DNA of 64,000 nt from Clostridia bacterium. Lineage in GTDB: Bacteria; Bacillota; Clostridia; UMGS1883; UMGS1540. The stretch lies in assembly GCA_045535515.1 (NCBI GenBank), contig JAZSLT010000010.1:1916-65915 (forward strand), given 5' to 3'. Made by a program: the position numbers and the translations under genes. Under the pieces are notes generated by a model, which was given only the letters and a program-made list of their open reading frames with translations, was not told where the DNA came from and did no database searches. This document shows positions 18,311 to 31,089 of this stretch, piece after piece; position 1 is the stretch's first letter, and every line of letters begins with the position of its first letter.

Positions 18311-19426
18311 ATGATTTTTTCGTGTGAAAAGCAATCTCTTTCCGATGCCGTTTCTATTGTTATGAAGGCGGCCGCAAATAAGGCATCCATGCCGATACTC
18401 GAGGGTATCCTTTTAAGTACGGATGCGGACAGCCTTGTGCTGACGGCTAATAATTTAGAGCTTGCCATCGAGTGCCGCATACCGGCTGAAATCCGCGAAG
18501 ACGGCGCGATTGTAACGGGCGATGTCCGTGTTTTCTCGGAGGTTATAAGGAAGCTTCCGTCCGGCATGGCGGATATTACCGTTTCGGAGAATTTTTCCAC
18601 TACCGTACAAAACGGAAAATCCGTTTATAACATTCTCGGTATGAATCCCGAGGAGTTTCCGGATATTCCTTCCGTCCTTGAGGATTCCGGCATTACTGTC
18701 GGCGCAGAAACCTTAAAAAAGGCCATTCGCCAGACGGCGTATGCCGCCGCGATTAAAAATGAAAGACCTTCCCTCACGGGTGTTTACTTTGAAATTGAGC
18801 CGAAGGCGTTTCACATGGTTGCGCTCGATGGTTTTCGCATGGCCATTCATAACGAGCCGCTTTCGGAAAATCCGGACGAGGAGCCGTACAGCTTTATCGT
18901 GCCGGCGAGAACGCTTTTGGAGCTTTCCCGCATTTTGCCGGATGGTGATGCGCCTGTTTTCATTACAGCCAGCACAAAGCATGTGCAGTTTACCTTCGGG
19001 CAGATTAAGGTCGTGTCGCGCCTTTTGTCGGGCGAATATTTCCAGTATAAGCAGATTATTCCGGGTGATTTTAAAATTCAGACGCGCCTTTCGGTCCGCG
19101 ATGTGCTGACATGTGTAGAGCGCGCGGACCCCATTGTATCGACCGATGTGTATAAAAATCCGGTGATTATGACGCTTTCCAATGATACGCTTTCGATAGA
19201 CTGCGTCACAGCCGTCGGCAAAGCGCATGATGTGATTGAAATTCCCGATTGCGGCAGCGAGATCCGCATTGGCTTTAACCAGCGGTATTTGCACGACGCC
19301 CTGTCGGTATGTGACTGCGAAGAAATTATCATGGAATTTAACGGCAGCCGCAACCCCTGCATTATAAAGCCGGCCGAGGGGGATGAATTTTTGTTTATGG
19401 TCTTGCCGGTGCGTATCAGCGAATAA
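18311..19426 (+). CDS. dnaN: DNA polymerase III beta sliding clamp
   Basis: MIFSCEKQSL start preceded by GGAGG, three clamp domains and ~372 aa. The upstream in-frame ATG of the ORF track lies inside the AT-rich DUE and was rejected. Confidence 0.9.
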   Translation: MIFSCEKQSLSDAVSIVMKAAANKASMPILEGILLSTDADSLVLTANNLELAIECRIPAEIREDGAIVTGDVRVFSEVIRKLPSGMADITVSENFSTTVQNGKSVYNILGMNPEEFPDIPSVLEDSGITVGAETLKKAIRQTAYAAAIKNERPSLTGVYFEIEPKAFHMVALDGFRMAIHNEPLSENPDEEPYSFIVPARTLLELSRILPDGDAPVFITASTKHVQFTFGQIKVVSRLLSGEYFQYKQIIPGDFKIQTRLSVRDVLTCVERADPIVSTDVYKNPVIMTLSNDTLSIDCVTAVGKAHDVIEIPDCGSEIRIGFNQRYLHDALSVCDCEEIIMEFNGSRNPCIIKPAEGDEFLFMVLPVRISE

Positions 19427-19436
19427 AGGAGAAAAA

Positions 19437-19646
19437 ATGGAAGAGATTATCGTTCTTCGGGGAGAATATATAAAGCTGGACCAGGCCGTAAAGCATGTTC
19501 TCGGTCTTTCCGGCGGCGAGGCAAAGGAGCAGATACAGGAAGGCTGTTTTCTCGTAAACGGAGAGGTGGAAACGAGAAGAGGCAGAAAGCTTCGCGGCGG
19601 GGATATGGTGGAAGGCGAGGATATCAAAATTAAAATTGAGGGATAG
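19437..19646 (+). CDS. yaaA: S4-domain RNA-binding protein YaaA-like
   Basis: ~70 aa, lysine- and arginine-rich, in the conserved dnaN-yaaA-recF position. Start at MEEIIV with an AAGGAG RBS. Confidence 0.7.
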   Translation: MEEIIVLRGEYIKLDQAVKHVLGLSGGEAKEQIQEGCFLVNGEVETRRGRKLRGGDMVEGEDIKIKIEG

Positions 19647-19654
19647 AAAAAAAC

Positions 19655-20730
19655 ATGGTTGTCAAACGGCTCATTCTTTCCAATTTCAGAAATTATAAAG
19701 AGGCAGATATAGAATTTTGCCCGGGAACGAATGTCATATACGGAAAAAATGCCGGCGGAAAAACGAATTTACTCGAGGCGCTTTGGCTCTTTACGGCCGC
19801 CAAAAGCTTTCGCGCAGGCGGAGAAAGTGAGCTTATTCGGTTTTCCGAGGAGGCGGCAACGGTGAAAACCGAATATGCGGCCTTTGGCAGGGATATGACG
19901 GCGGAAATCACCATAAGTCCCGGAAAAAGAAAGCTTTTAAAGCTCGGCGGCGTAAAACTGGAAAAAACGAGTGAGCTGCTTGGGCAATTCCCGGCCGTGC
20001 TTTTTAGTCCTGATGAGCTGCACATTATAACAGGCGCACCTGAGGTGCGGCGGCGGTTTATGGACAGCGCCATCTGCGCCGCCCGTCCGGCCTATTATGG
20101 CGCACTTCGTACCTATATCCGCGCGTGGAAACAAAAAAATGCCGCGCTGAAGAAAAATCCCGAAAAAGAAAGCCTTGCGGTGTGGAATACCCAGCTGGCC
20201 GCAGCCGGCGCGCAAATTATGCAGTACAGAAGAAACTTTTTCCTCGCGCTCTCGCCGCTTGCTGCTGAATTTCACCGGCAGATAGCCGGCAAGGACGAGG
20301 TTTTGGAGGTTTTATACGCCCCTTGTGCCCCCCTTCGGGAAAATGAGGCGGAGCAAAGGGATGCGCTATATGCGGCGCTTGAGAAAAAGCGGGATGCGGA
20401 AATCCAGCAAGGCCTTTCGCTTATTGGCCCGCATCGGGACGAAATCCGCTTTCTTATCGGCGGACGCGAGGCACGCGCCTATGCCTCCCAGGGGCAGATG
20501 CGCACCGCCGCCGTTTCGATGAAGCTGGCACAAGGCGCACTCCTGGAAAAGGAAACCGGCGAGGCCCCTGCCGTTTTTCTCGATGATATTTTAGGGGAGC
20601 TGGATGCAGAAAGAAGAGCATTTCTTCTTTCCCATACAAAAAACAAGCAAGTTATTTTAACCTGTACCGAGAAAGAGGCCGTGGAGAAAACAGGCGAAAT
20701 GCGGTTTTTTGCGGTTAAGGAGGGCACCGT

Positions 20731-20746
<16 letters not shown>
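19655..20746 (+). CDS. recF: DNA replication/repair protein RecF
   Basis: Walker A (GKNAGGKTNLLEA), an SMC-like signature near the C-terminus and 363 aa. Confidence 0.9.
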
Positions 20747-22921
<2,175 letters not shown>

Positions 22922-22935
22922 GGAGGGAATAAAAC

Positions 22936-25401
22936 ATGTTTAATATTGAAAACGAAAAAATTATTCCCGTGGAGATAAGCCGGGAGATGAAAACGGCGTA
23001 CATCGATTACGCCATGAGTGTTATTATCGGCCGCGCCCTGCCCGATGTGCGCGACGGTTTAAAGCCTGTACACAGAAGAATTTTATATACGATGAACGAG
23101 GACGGCATCACGGCCGACAAGGCGTACCGCAAGTGTGCCACCACCGTCGGTGATGTGCTGGGCCGGTACCATCCGCATGGTGATGCGTCTGTTTACGATG
23201 CGCTCGTTCGTCTGGCGCAGGACTTTTCGCTCCGTTATCCTTTGATTGACGGACAAGGTAACTTCGGTTCGGTGGACGGCGACCCCCCTGCGGCTTACCG
23301 TTACACCGAGGCGAGAATGAGCCGCCTTTCGCAGGAGATGGTGGCGGATATTGAGAAGGAAACGGTGGACTTTGTGCCGAACTTCGATGAGCGGCTGAAA
23401 GAGCCGACCGTTCTGCCCTCGCGTTTCCCGAACCTGCTCGTAAACGGCTCCTCGGGTATTGCCGTAGGTATGGCCACGAACATTCCGCCGCATAATCTTT
23501 CGGAAATCGTGGAAGCTATCCATGCGATGCTGGAGGACCCTGAAATTTCCATCGAAGAGCTGATGGAAATTATAAAAGGCCCTGATTTTCCGACCGCCGG
23601 TCTTATTTTAGGCCGGAGCGGCATCCGCAGTATGTACACAAAAGGCCGCGGCCATATTATCATGCGCGCCCGCGCCGAGGTGGAGGAGCATGGCGGCAGA
23701 GAACGGATTATCGTGACGGAAATTCCGTATCAGGTCAACAAGGCGCGCCTTATCCAGAAAATTGCGGAGCTTGTGAAGGAAAAACGCATTGAAGGCATCA
23801 GCGACCTGCGCGATGAGAGCGACAGGGACGGTATGCGTATTGTTATAGAGCTTAAACGCGAGGCAAACGGCAATGTTGTCCTCAATCAGCTGTATAAAAA
23901 TACGCAGATGCAGGAAACCTTCGGCGCGATTATGCTGGCGATTGTAAATGGTCAGCCGCAAATTTTAAACATAAAAGAGATGCTCTGGCATTATATTGTA
24001 TTTCAGGAGGAGGTTATCCGCCGCCGCACCGCCTTTGACAAGAAAAAGGCAGAGGCGCGCGCCCACATACTCGAGGGCCTTCGGATTGCCCTCGACCATA
24101 TTGACGAAATTATCCGCATTATCCGCCAGAGCTATGACGATGCAAAGCCCCGCCTGATGGAAGCCTTCGGCCTTTCCGAGGTGCAGGCACAGGCAATCCT
24201 CGACATGCGCCTTGCAAGACTGCAGGGTCTGGAGCGCGAGAAAATTGATGCGGAATACAAGGACCTTATGGAAAAGATTGCGTACTATACCGAGGTTCTG
24301 GCAAACGAGAGCATGGTGCGCGACATTATCCGCGACGAGCTGGGTGCCATCCGCGATAAGTACGGCGATGACCGCCGTACCGAAATTACCGCGATGGTCG
24401 GCGATATTGACGATGAGGATATGATTGACGAGGAAGAATGTGTCTTTACGCTTACGCATTTCGGATACATCAAGCGTCTGCCCACCAGCACCTACCGTAG
24501 CCAGCGGCGCGGCGGGCGCGGCATCACCGGCCTCAGCACGCGCGAGGAGGACTTTGTGGAAACCATCTTCACCGCCTCCACCCATGCGCACATTCTGTTC
24601 TTTACCAATCGCGGAAGAATGTACCACTTAAAAGGCTACCAGATTCCCGAGGCCGGCCGGCAGGCAAAGGGTACGGCGATTGTAAACCTTCTGCCGCTTG
24701 CGCAGGACGAGAAGATTATGACGATGCTGGGCGTGCGCGAGTTTGAGGAAAACAGCGCCCTTATTATGGCAACGCGCGCCGGCACGATTAAGAAAACGAT
24801 GCTTTCGGAGTTTAACATGGCAAGACGCGGCGGCCTCAACGCCATTGGTTTAAATGAAGGCGACGAGCTGATGGCGGTCCGCATGGTACGGCCGGGCGAC
24901 AATGTTATTATCGGCACGCATGACGGTATGGCTATCCGTTTCCTCGAGGAGGATGTACGCCCGATGGGCAGAGCGGCGCACGGCGTACGCGCGATAAAGC
25001 TTCGGAGCGGCGATATGGTGGCCGGCATGACCACCGCGCGTGACGATGCGGAGCTTTTAGTCGTCACCGAAGGCGGCTACGGCAAGCGCACCACACTCGA
25101 TGCGTATAAAACGCAAACCCGCGGCGGTATCGGTATCCGCACCTACAAGATTACGGAAACGACAGGAAAGCTTGTGGGTATCAGCACCGTGACCGACAGC
25201 GAGGATATTATGATTATCACAAGTGAAGGTATTATCATCCGTCTGCCAGCGGGGGGTGTCAGCAGCATTGGCCGAAATACACAGGGCGTCCGTCTTATCC
25301 GTATGGAGGAGGGCGTGCAGGTCGTGTCGATTGCCCTTGCGGAGCATGAAGAGGCAGAAAATGAGGAAACGGCAGAGGAAGCTGCGGACGAAGCAGAATA
25401 A
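22936..25401 (+). CDS. gyrA: DNA gyrase subunit A
   Basis: Active-site region AYRYTEARM with catalytic Tyr, a GyrA-box region and an acidic C-terminal tail. 821 aa. Confidence 0.95.
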   Translation: MFNIENEKIIPVEISREMKTAYIDYAMSVIIGRALPDVRDGLKPVHRRILYTMNEDGITADKAYRKCATTVGDVLGRYHPHGDASVYDALVRLAQDFSLRYPLIDGQGNFGSVDGDPPAAYRYTEARMSRLSQEMVADIEKETVDFVPNFDERLKEPTVLPSRFPNLLVNGSSGIAVGMATNIPPHNLSEIVEAIHAMLEDPEISIEELMEIIKGPDFPTAGLILGRSGIRSMYTKGRGHIIMRARAEVEEHGGRERIIVTEIPYQVNKARLIQKIAELVKEKRIEGISDLRDESDRDGMRIVIELKREANGNVVLNQLYKNTQMQETFGAIMLAIVNGQPQILNIKEMLWHYIVFQEEVIRRRTAFDKKKAEARAHILEGLRIALDHIDEIIRIIRQSYDDAKPRLMEAFGLSEVQAQAILDMRLARLQGLEREKIDAEYKDLMEKIAYYTEVLANESMVRDIIRDELGAIRDKYGDDRRTEITAMVGDIDDEDMIDEEECVFTLTHFGYIKRLPTSTYRSQRRGGRGITGLSTREEDFVETIFTASTHAHILFFTNRGRMYHLKGYQIPEAGRQAKGTAIVNLLPLAQDEKIMTMLGVREFEENSALIMATRAGTIKKTMLSEFNMARRGGLNAIGLNEGDELMAVRMVRPGDNVIIGTHDGMAIRFLEEDVRPMGRAAHGVRAIKLRSGDMVAGMTTARDDAELLVVTEGGYGKRTTLDAYKTQTRGGIGIRTYKITETTGKLVGISTVTDSEDIMIITSEGIIIRLPAGGVSSIGRNTQGVRLIRMEEGVQVVSIALAEHEEAENEETAEEAADEAE

Positions 25402-25458
25402 AGGAAATATAATAGGGCGGGGAAACTCGCCTTATTATCGTCATAAAGGAGGAGCAAA

Positions 25459-26079
25459 ATGAACGAAAAAGCCCTTTACCATCTTTCCTACGGTCTGTTT
25501 GTCCTGTCCTGTCACGAGGAAGGAAAGGACGGCGGTTGTATTGTCAATACGGCGATGCAGGCCGCGAATGTACCGGTACAGATGAGCGTTTGTGTATCCA
25601 AAGCGAATTACACGGCGGAAATGATACAAAAGACAGGGCGGTTTACGCTGTCCGTTTTGCATGAGGGCGTACCCTTCTCCCTTTTTGAGCGGTTCGGCTT
25701 TCAGACAGGCCGCGAGGTGGATAAATGGGAAGGCCTTTCGGGCAAGGCGCGCGACGGACAGGGGATTTACTACTTGACCGAGGCCGCAAACGCCTATATT
25801 TCCTGCCGCGTGACGAAGGAGATAGACCTCGGCTCCCACCTTATGTTTATCGCGGAGATTGCGGAGAGCGAGGTTTTGTGCGAGAAGCCGTCCATGACAT
25901 ACGCGTATTATTTTGCCCGTGTAAAGCCTGCCCCGAAGGCGGAAAAGGGCGCATGGGTATGCAAAATATGCGGCTATGTGTATGACGAGGAGAAGGAGGG
26001 CATACCGTTTGCCGATTTGCCCGAGGACTGGGTTTGCCCCTTATGCAAGCACCCGAAATCTGACTTCGAGCGCCGATAA
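25459..26079 (+). CDS. flavin reductase-like domain fused to a C-terminal rubredoxin (Hrb-type high-molecular-weight rubredoxin)
   Basis: Flavin_Reduct-like N-terminal 150 aa. C-terminal [11 protein letters not shown]...CPLCKHPK rubredoxin CxxC pairs. Confidence 0.65.
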   Translation: MNEKALYHLSYGLFVLSCHEEGKDGGCIVNTAMQAANVPVQMSVCVSKANYTAEMIQKTGRFTLSVLHEGVPFSLFERFGFQTGREVDKWEGLSGKARDGQGIYYLTEAANAYISCRVTKEIDLGSHLMFIAEIAESEVLCEKPSMTYAYYFARVKPAPKAEKGAWVCKICGYVYDEEKEGIPFADLPEDWVCPLCKHPKSDFERR

Positions 26080-26101
26080 GGCGGAAAGGCAGGGCGCGAA
26101 A

Positions 26102-27100
26102 ATGAAGGAACGCAAAATCGTAACGATTGGCGGCGGAACGGGGATGTCCACAATGCTCCGCGGCCTGAAGAAGTACACGCGAAATCTGACGGCGATTGTC
26201 ACGATGGCCGATGACGGCGGCGGGAGCGGGCGTCTTAGAGAAGACCTCGGGATGCTGCCGCCCGGCGATGTGCGAAACTGCCTTGTGGCGCTGGCCGATG
26301 CCGAGCCGGTGATGGAAAGCCTTTTCCGGTACCGCTTTTCCGGCGGAGAGCTGAGCGGCCAGAGCCTTGGCAATCTCATTATCGCCGCCATGGATAGCAT
26401 GTGCGGAAGCTTTGAGGAGGCCATTCGCCGCACCGGCGAGGTACTGGCGATTTCCGGCCGCGTGTTGCCGGTGACGACCGAGGATATCCACATTACCGCG
26501 CGGTTTTCCGACGGCGCTGAGGTGCAGGGGGAATCCCATATCGGGGATGCCACAAACGAGCATGGCGGCCGCATTGAAAAGGTGCGGCTGGTGCCGCAAA
26601 AGGCGAAGGCGGCAACAGGTGTTCTGGAAAGCATACGCGAGGCGGATGCCATTTTGCTCGGCCCGGGCAGCCTTTATACCAGCATTATTCCAAATCTTCT
26701 GGTAGAAGGCGTGGCCGATGCGCTGCGGAGGACAAGTGCGCCGAAAATCTATGTTTGTAATGTGATGGGCCAGCCGGGTGAAACCGAGGGGTATACGGCC
26801 TTTGACCATGTGGAGGCTATTTTGCAGCACGGCGGAGAGGGCATCATTGATTATTGCGTCGTCAACACCGAAAAAATAGAGGATGCGGTGCGCCGGCGCT
26901 ATGCCGAGGAGGGCGTAGGCCCCGTTTTGGTGGACGCGCCGCGGTTTCGGGAAAGGGGCATCGGTCTTATCGGGGCCGAGGTTTTAGGGCGAAAAGAAAA
27001 TCTGGCACGCCATAATCCTGAAAAGCTGGCAGAATGTATTTTTGATTTTTTAGAGGGACTTTTACGAAGGGGATACATACGCGAGGAAAGCGGCGCATAG
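26102..27100 (+). CDS. yvcK: gluconeogenesis factor YvcK / CofD-like (UPF0052) family protein
   Basis: MKERKIVTIGGGTGMSTMLRGLK N-terminus characteristic of YvcK. Start at 26102 with an RBS; the upstream part of the ORF-track frame overlaps the previous gene. Confidence 0.75.
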   Translation: MKERKIVTIGGGTGMSTMLRGLKKYTRNLTAIVTMADDGGGSGRLREDLGMLPPGDVRNCLVALADAEPVMESLFRYRFSGGELSGQSLGNLIIAAMDSMCGSFEEAIRRTGEVLAISGRVLPVTTEDIHITARFSDGAEVQGESHIGDATNEHGGRIEKVRLVPQKAKAATGVLESIREADAILLGPGSLYTSIIPNLLVEGVADALRRTSAPKIYVCNVMGQPGETEGYTAFDHVEAILQHGGEGIIDYCVVNTEKIEDAVRRRYAEEGVGPVLVDAPRFRERGIGLIGAEVLGRKENLARHNPEKLAECIFDFLEGLLRRGYIREESGA

Positions 27101-27148
27101 AGGACGCGTTCCCGAAAGCGTTAAATCACGCGAAGAAAGGCATATATT

Positions 27149-28243
27149 ATGGGAAAAAAATTATTTTGTATTTTGCTGTGCGCGGTGCTTTTCCTGCCCG
27201 CCGGTTGCCGGAAAGAAGGCGGCGGGGGCGAAGAGGCACCGTGGAAGATTGCGATTATAACAGGCGAAGGGGGCGAGGCGGCCGAGGTGGCCGCGCGTCT
27301 TGAACGGGAGGAGCCGTATGTGGTGCGGCGCACCTATCCTGGGGACCGCTCGGCCGAGAAAACCGTTTCCATCTGCGCCGAGCTTTTAGAGGATAAGTCG
27401 CTTCGTGCCATTTTGTTCGTGCCAGCAGTTGCGGGGATTGACGAGGCCGCAAAAATGGCCGAGGAAAAGCGGCCCGATGTTCTCTTTCTTGTAGGCACCG
27501 CTGCCGAGGATGCCGGCTTTGCCGCGCAAACGGCCGACATGGTGCTGGCGCCGGATGTATATACGATGGGTACGGAAATCATAAACGAGGCGTACCGCAT
27601 GGGTGCAAAGCGGTTTATTCATTACACCTTTGCGCGCCATCTTTTGTCCGAGCCGTTTCTGCGCCGAAGGGAGCTTATGGTCGAGCGGTGCGGCGAGCTG
27701 GGGATAGAGTTTATCGATATTACCACGCCCGACCCCCTCACGGCCGAGGGCGGAAAAGAGGAGGCGCGCCAGTTTATTGAGGAGGATGTGCCCCAGAAGG
27801 TGGGCGATTACGGCGCAAACACCGCCTTTTTCGCCACCGATTGTACCATTATGCCGGAGCTTATCCGGCAGGTGGCGGAGTGCGGCGCGATTTGCCCTCA
27901 GACCTGTTGTGCCGGCCCTTACCACGGGTATACGGAGATGTTCGGCATAGAAAAAGAGGAATATAACAATACGCAAGGGGTACTGCGGCAGATAGCGGAT
28001 AATATTGCCCCGTACGGCAATACGGGGCACATGGCCGCGTGGTGCCAATCGCCCGAAACTCTTATGGTAGAGGCGGGCGTAGAATATGCGCGGCGCTACG
28101 GAGAGGGCGAAATCAAAAAGAAAGCCGACAGGGAAACGGCAGAGGCGGTGATGGACGGCCTGACGGGGGGGCGGACAACGCTTTCCGAGATGGCGCATGC
28201 ACCGAACTGCTATCTTTTCCTGTGCGAGTATTATATGCTGTAG
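27149..28243 (+). CDS. lipoprotein with a periplasmic-binding-protein-like fold (DUF3798-like)
   Basis: Signal peptide with an LPAGC lipobox. 364 aa. The family assignment is tentative. Confidence 0.4.
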   Translation: MGKKLFCILLCAVLFLPAGCRKEGGGGEEAPWKIAIITGEGGEAAEVAARLEREEPYVVRRTYPGDRSAEKTVSICAELLEDKSLRAILFVPAVAGIDEAAKMAEEKRPDVLFLVGTAAEDAGFAAQTADMVLAPDVYTMGTEIINEAYRMGAKRFIHYTFARHLLSEPFLRRRELMVERCGELGIEFIDITTPDPLTAEGGKEEARQFIEEDVPQKVGDYGANTAFFATDCTIMPELIRQVAECGAICPQTCCAGPYHGYTEMFGIEKEEYNNTQGVLRQIADNIAPYGNTGHMAAWCQSPETLMVEAGVEYARRYGEGEIKKKADRETAEAVMDGLTGGRTTLSEMAHAPNCYLFLCEYYML

Positions 28244-28254
28244 CGCTTCGGGCG

Positions 28255-28325
28255 CGGCGATATAAATTCTTCTCGGAATTTGTGATATGCTGCAAGTAAC
28301 TCGATATGTCCCTTCGGGACGAGAA
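28255..28325 (+). repeat. CGATAT box/hairpin array (family A, locus 2) in the 5' leader of pgeF
   Basis: ggCGATATaaattc..gaattt, gtGATATgctgc, then CTCGATATGTCCC-TTC-GGGACGAG immediately before the RBS AAAGGAG and the ATG at 28338. Confidence 0.65.
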
Positions 28326-28337
28326 AAAGGAGAAACC

Positions 28338-29129
28338 ATGTTTCCTAAAATCCGCGCGGCGATTCCCTATTTTGCCGCTTTTACGGAATATCCCTTTTGC
28401 ACCGCCGGCATTACAACGCGGGAAGGCGGCGTATCAAAGGGGCATTTATCCGCGTTAAATCTCGGCACGCGCTGCGGGGACGAGGAGGCGGCGCTTTCGG
28501 AAAATTACCGCCGCCTCGCAGAGGCTTTTGGCATCTCGTACGAGAAAATCGTGTCCACAAATCAAGAGCATACCGACCGTGTTTTGCGCGTAGGGACGGA
28601 GGACGCCGGGCGCGGCATTGTGCGGCCGCGGTTTTCGGAAGGGGTGGACGGCCTTGTGACAAACGAGCCACATCTGCCGCTTCTTGCTTATTTTGCCGAT
28701 TGCGTGCCGGTGCTTTTTTGTGACCCGAGGGCGCGCGCGGTGGGCGTTTGCCATAGCGGCTGGCGCGGCACCGTAGGAAAAATCGCCGCCAAAACCGCCG
28801 CCCTTATGCAAACGGAATTCGGGAGCAAGAGCGCGGACATCCATGCGGTAATCGGGCCGCATATCGGCGCGTGCTGCTTTGCGGTGGATGCGCCGGTGCA
28901 CGAGGAATTTGTAAAGGCCTTCCCCGAAAATGCCGGATTTTCCGAAAAACGGGGCGAAAAATACTACATCAATTTGTCCGCCGCGGTGGAAAAAACCTTG
29001 CAGGACGAGGGGCTTACCAAGATAGAAAACATGAACATCTGTACCGCATGCCACAGCGAAACCTTCTTTTCGCACCGCAAAACGGGCGGGAAGCGCGGGT
29101 GCTTTGCAGCGGTTATTGCCATACGATAA
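28338..29129 (+). CDS. pgeF: peptidoglycan editing factor PgeF / YfiH-family purine nucleoside phosphorylase-laccase domain protein
   Basis: The conserved HSGWRG motif and CxxH region of the YfiH/DUF152 family. ~263 aa. Confidence 0.75.
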   Translation: MFPKIRAAIPYFAAFTEYPFCTAGITTREGGVSKGHLSALNLGTRCGDEEAALSENYRRLAEAFGISYEKIVSTNQEHTDRVLRVGTEDAGRGIVRPRFSEGVDGLVTNEPHLPLLAYFADCVPVLFCDPRARAVGVCHSGWRGTVGKIAAKTAALMQTEFGSKSADIHAVIGPHIGACCFAVDAPVHEEFVKAFPENAGFSEKRGEKYYINLSAAVEKTLQDEGLTKIENMNICTACHSETFFSHRKTGGKRGCFAAVIAIR

Positions 29130-29143
29130 AAGGAGGAATGGCG

Positions 29144-30658
29144 ATGTTTACCAAAGTGAATACCGCCTGCCTTACAGGCATTGACGGCCAGATGGTCGTG
29201 GTGGAGGCCGATGTATCCCAGGGATTGCCCGGTTTTGAGGTGGTGGGGCTTCCCGATGCCGTGGTAAAGGAAGCGAGAGAGCGCGTTCGCGCGGCCATCA
29301 AAAACTGCGGCTTTTCCTTTCCGGCGCGCCGGCTTACGGTAAATCTGGCACCGGCCGACCTTAAAAAGGTGGGCAGCATGTTTGACCTGCCGATTGCCGC
29401 CGCCCTTCTGCTTGCTACGGAAGAGGTAAGGGGAGATGCCGACGAATTTGTGCTGATTGGCGAGCTGTCCCTCGCGGGCGAGCTTCGGCCGGTGCCGGGC
29501 GTTCTTTCCCTTGTGATGGGCGCGGCACGCGGCGGAAGAAAAAAAGTAATTGTACCCAAAGAAAATGCGCGCGAGGGCGCGCTTTGTCAGGATGCCGAGG
29601 TATACGGCGCATCTACGCTGGCTGAGGTAATGGCGTATATTTCCGGTGCGGAAAAGCCGGAGCGGGTGACGGTCGATTTGCAGGCGCTTCTTGCGGAAGG
29701 GTGCGCGCCTTCCGGCGATTTTTCCGAGGTAAAGGGACAGGAAACCGTAAAACGCGCGATGGAAATTGCCGCCGCCGGCGGCCATAATATACTGATTGTC
29801 GGCGCGCCCGGCTCCGGCAAAAGCATGCTGGCACAGCGCCTTCCTTCCATTTTGCCGCCTCTGACGGCAGAGGAAGCGCTGGAGGTCACGAAAATTCACA
29901 GCGCGGCCGGCCTTTTGCCGTCTGCCGCACCGCTTATAACCGCGCGCCCCTTCCGCGCGCCGCATCACAGCGCATCGACCGCCGGTCTTGCCGGTGGCGG
30001 CGTGAGCGTGCGTCCGGGGGAAATTTCGCTGGCGCACCGCGGCGTTTTGTTTTTGGATGAGCTGCCGGAATTTCGGCGCGATGCCATGGAGGTCCTTCGC
30101 CAGCCGATGGAGGACGGGGTGGTAACGGTTACCCGTGCCGCCGCCACGCACACCTACCCCAGCGATTTTATGCTGGTCGCGGCGATGAACCCCTGCCGCT
30201 GCGGCTATTACGGCGATAAGACGCACCATTGTCGCTGCACCGCCGCCTCGATTGCGCGCTATACGGGGCGCATCAGCGGTCCGCTTATGGACAGAATTGA
30301 TTTAAAGGTGGAGGCCGAAACGGTGACATACGACGACCTCTCCGCGCCGCCGGCCGAAAGCTCGGCCGCCATCCGCGAGAGGGTGACGAGGGCGCGCGCC
30401 CGTCAGGCCGAAAGGCTGGCGAAGCTTGGTCTTTTCTGTAACGCCCAGCTTACCGCGGATGTAGAGGCGCATTGTCACCTTTCGGGCGAGGCCGAAAGAA
30501 TGGCGCGCGAGGCTTTTTCTTCGCTCCACCTTTCCGCACGCGCCTACACGCGCATTTTAAAGGTGGCGCGCACGATTGCCGACCTTGACTGTGCCGAAAA
30601 GGTGGAGGCGCACCATATTGGCGAGGCGTTTCGGTATCGTCTGGCAGGAGAAAAATAA
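29144..30658 (+). CDS. yifB: YifB/ComM-family Mg-chelatase-like AAA+ ATPase
   Basis: N-terminal Lon-like domain (MFTKVNTACLTGIDGQMVVVEADVSQGLPGFEVVGLPDAVVKEARERV), Walker A GAPGSGKSM and a C-terminal Mg-chelatase subunit ChlI-like region. Confidence 0.8.
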   Translation: MFTKVNTACLTGIDGQMVVVEADVSQGLPGFEVVGLPDAVVKEARERVRAAIKNCGFSFPARRLTVNLAPADLKKVGSMFDLPIAAALLLATEEVRGDADEFVLIGELSLAGELRPVPGVLSLVMGAARGGRKKVIVPKENAREGALCQDAEVYGASTLAEVMAYISGAEKPERVTVDLQALLAEGCAPSGDFSEVKGQETVKRAMEIAAAGGHNILIVGAPGSGKSMLAQRLPSILPPLTAEEALEVTKIHSAAGLLPSAAPLITARPFRAPHHSASTAGLAGGGVSVRPGEISLAHRGVLFLDELPEFRRDAMEVLRQPMEDGVVTVTRAAATHTYPSDFMLVAAMNPCRCGYYGDKTHHCRCTAASIARYTGRISGPLMDRIDLKVEAETVTYDDLSAPPAESSAAIRERVTRARARQAERLAKLGLFCNAQLTADVEAHCHLSGEAERMAREAFSSLHLSARAYTRILKVARTIADLDCAEKVEAHHIGEAFRYRLAGEK

Positions 30659-30660
30659 GG

Positions 30661-30760
30661 TGCGATATATTTGCCTTGCAAATGCGATATACAGGCTACG
30701 CCTGCTCGATATGCCTCGCGGCTCGATATGTTGCCTTGCGGCAACGAGAATTTTACTTAT
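30661..30760 (+). repeat. CGATAT box/hairpin array (family A, locus 3)
   Basis: gtGCGATAT-atttgc/gcaaat, GCGATAT-caggc/gcctg, CGATAT-gcc..ggc, and CTCGATATG-ttgcc-ttgc-ggcaa-CGAG as the terminal module. Confidence 0.65.
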
Positions 30761-30769
30761 AAAAGAAAG

Positions 30770-30808
30770 GGACTGTAAATTAATTCGGCAAATTAATTTA
30801 CGGTCCCT
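30770..30808. terminator. long hairpin gggactgtaaattaatt-cggc-aaattaatttacggtccc
   Basis: A 17-bp stem between array A3 and element E3. Confidence 0.45.
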
Positions 30809-30839
30809 TGGGGAATAGGAAAAAACGATTCAGAATTGT

Positions 30840-30922
30840 CCAAATCGAACACAAAGCAAGGTAAAGCCTTGCTTTGTGGTAACCCGAAGGCGTGCGAGGG
30901 CACGGCGAGAGGTGAGATTTGG
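30840..30922 (+). ncRNA. three-way-junction structured repeat, copy E3
   Basis: P1 ccaaatc/gatttgg. P2 cacaaagcaagg-taaa-gccttgctttgtgg. Conserved aacccgaagg. P3 cgtgc-gaggg-gcacg, with compensatory A:U to G:C changes relative to E1, E2 and E4. Confidence 0.45.
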
Positions 30923-30942
30923 CAATAGCAAAAAGGCATATA

Positions 30943-30972
30943 ATTTGAAGAAAAACATCTGGAAAACAGATG
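30943..30972. terminator. hairpin gaaaaacatctg-gaaaa-cagatgtttttc after E3
   Basis: Perfect 12-bp stem with A/T-rich flanks. Confidence 0.45.
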
Positions 30973-31089
30973 TTTTTCAACATTTATGGTGATTTTAAAT
31001 AATTTACAGGCGAAGGATACTCTGTATTCTTTGTTATCTCTGCCTTTTTGCGGTCTGGACTTTTTTTACATTCCCCATTTTTTGCTTTT

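Noticed and set aside
18713-19627. 304-aa minus-strand ORF antisense to dnaN, and similar long antisense ORFs (37881-39251 over ftsK/fprA; 28964-30229 over yifB; 44148-45335 over the GH18 gene; 25847-26830 over yvcK; 27386-28339; 20930-21526 over gyrB)
   Set aside because: All lie opposite well-supported conserved genes. Their products are Arg/Ala/Gly-rich low-complexity, as expected for antisense frames in ~60% GC DNA, and no RBSs are present.
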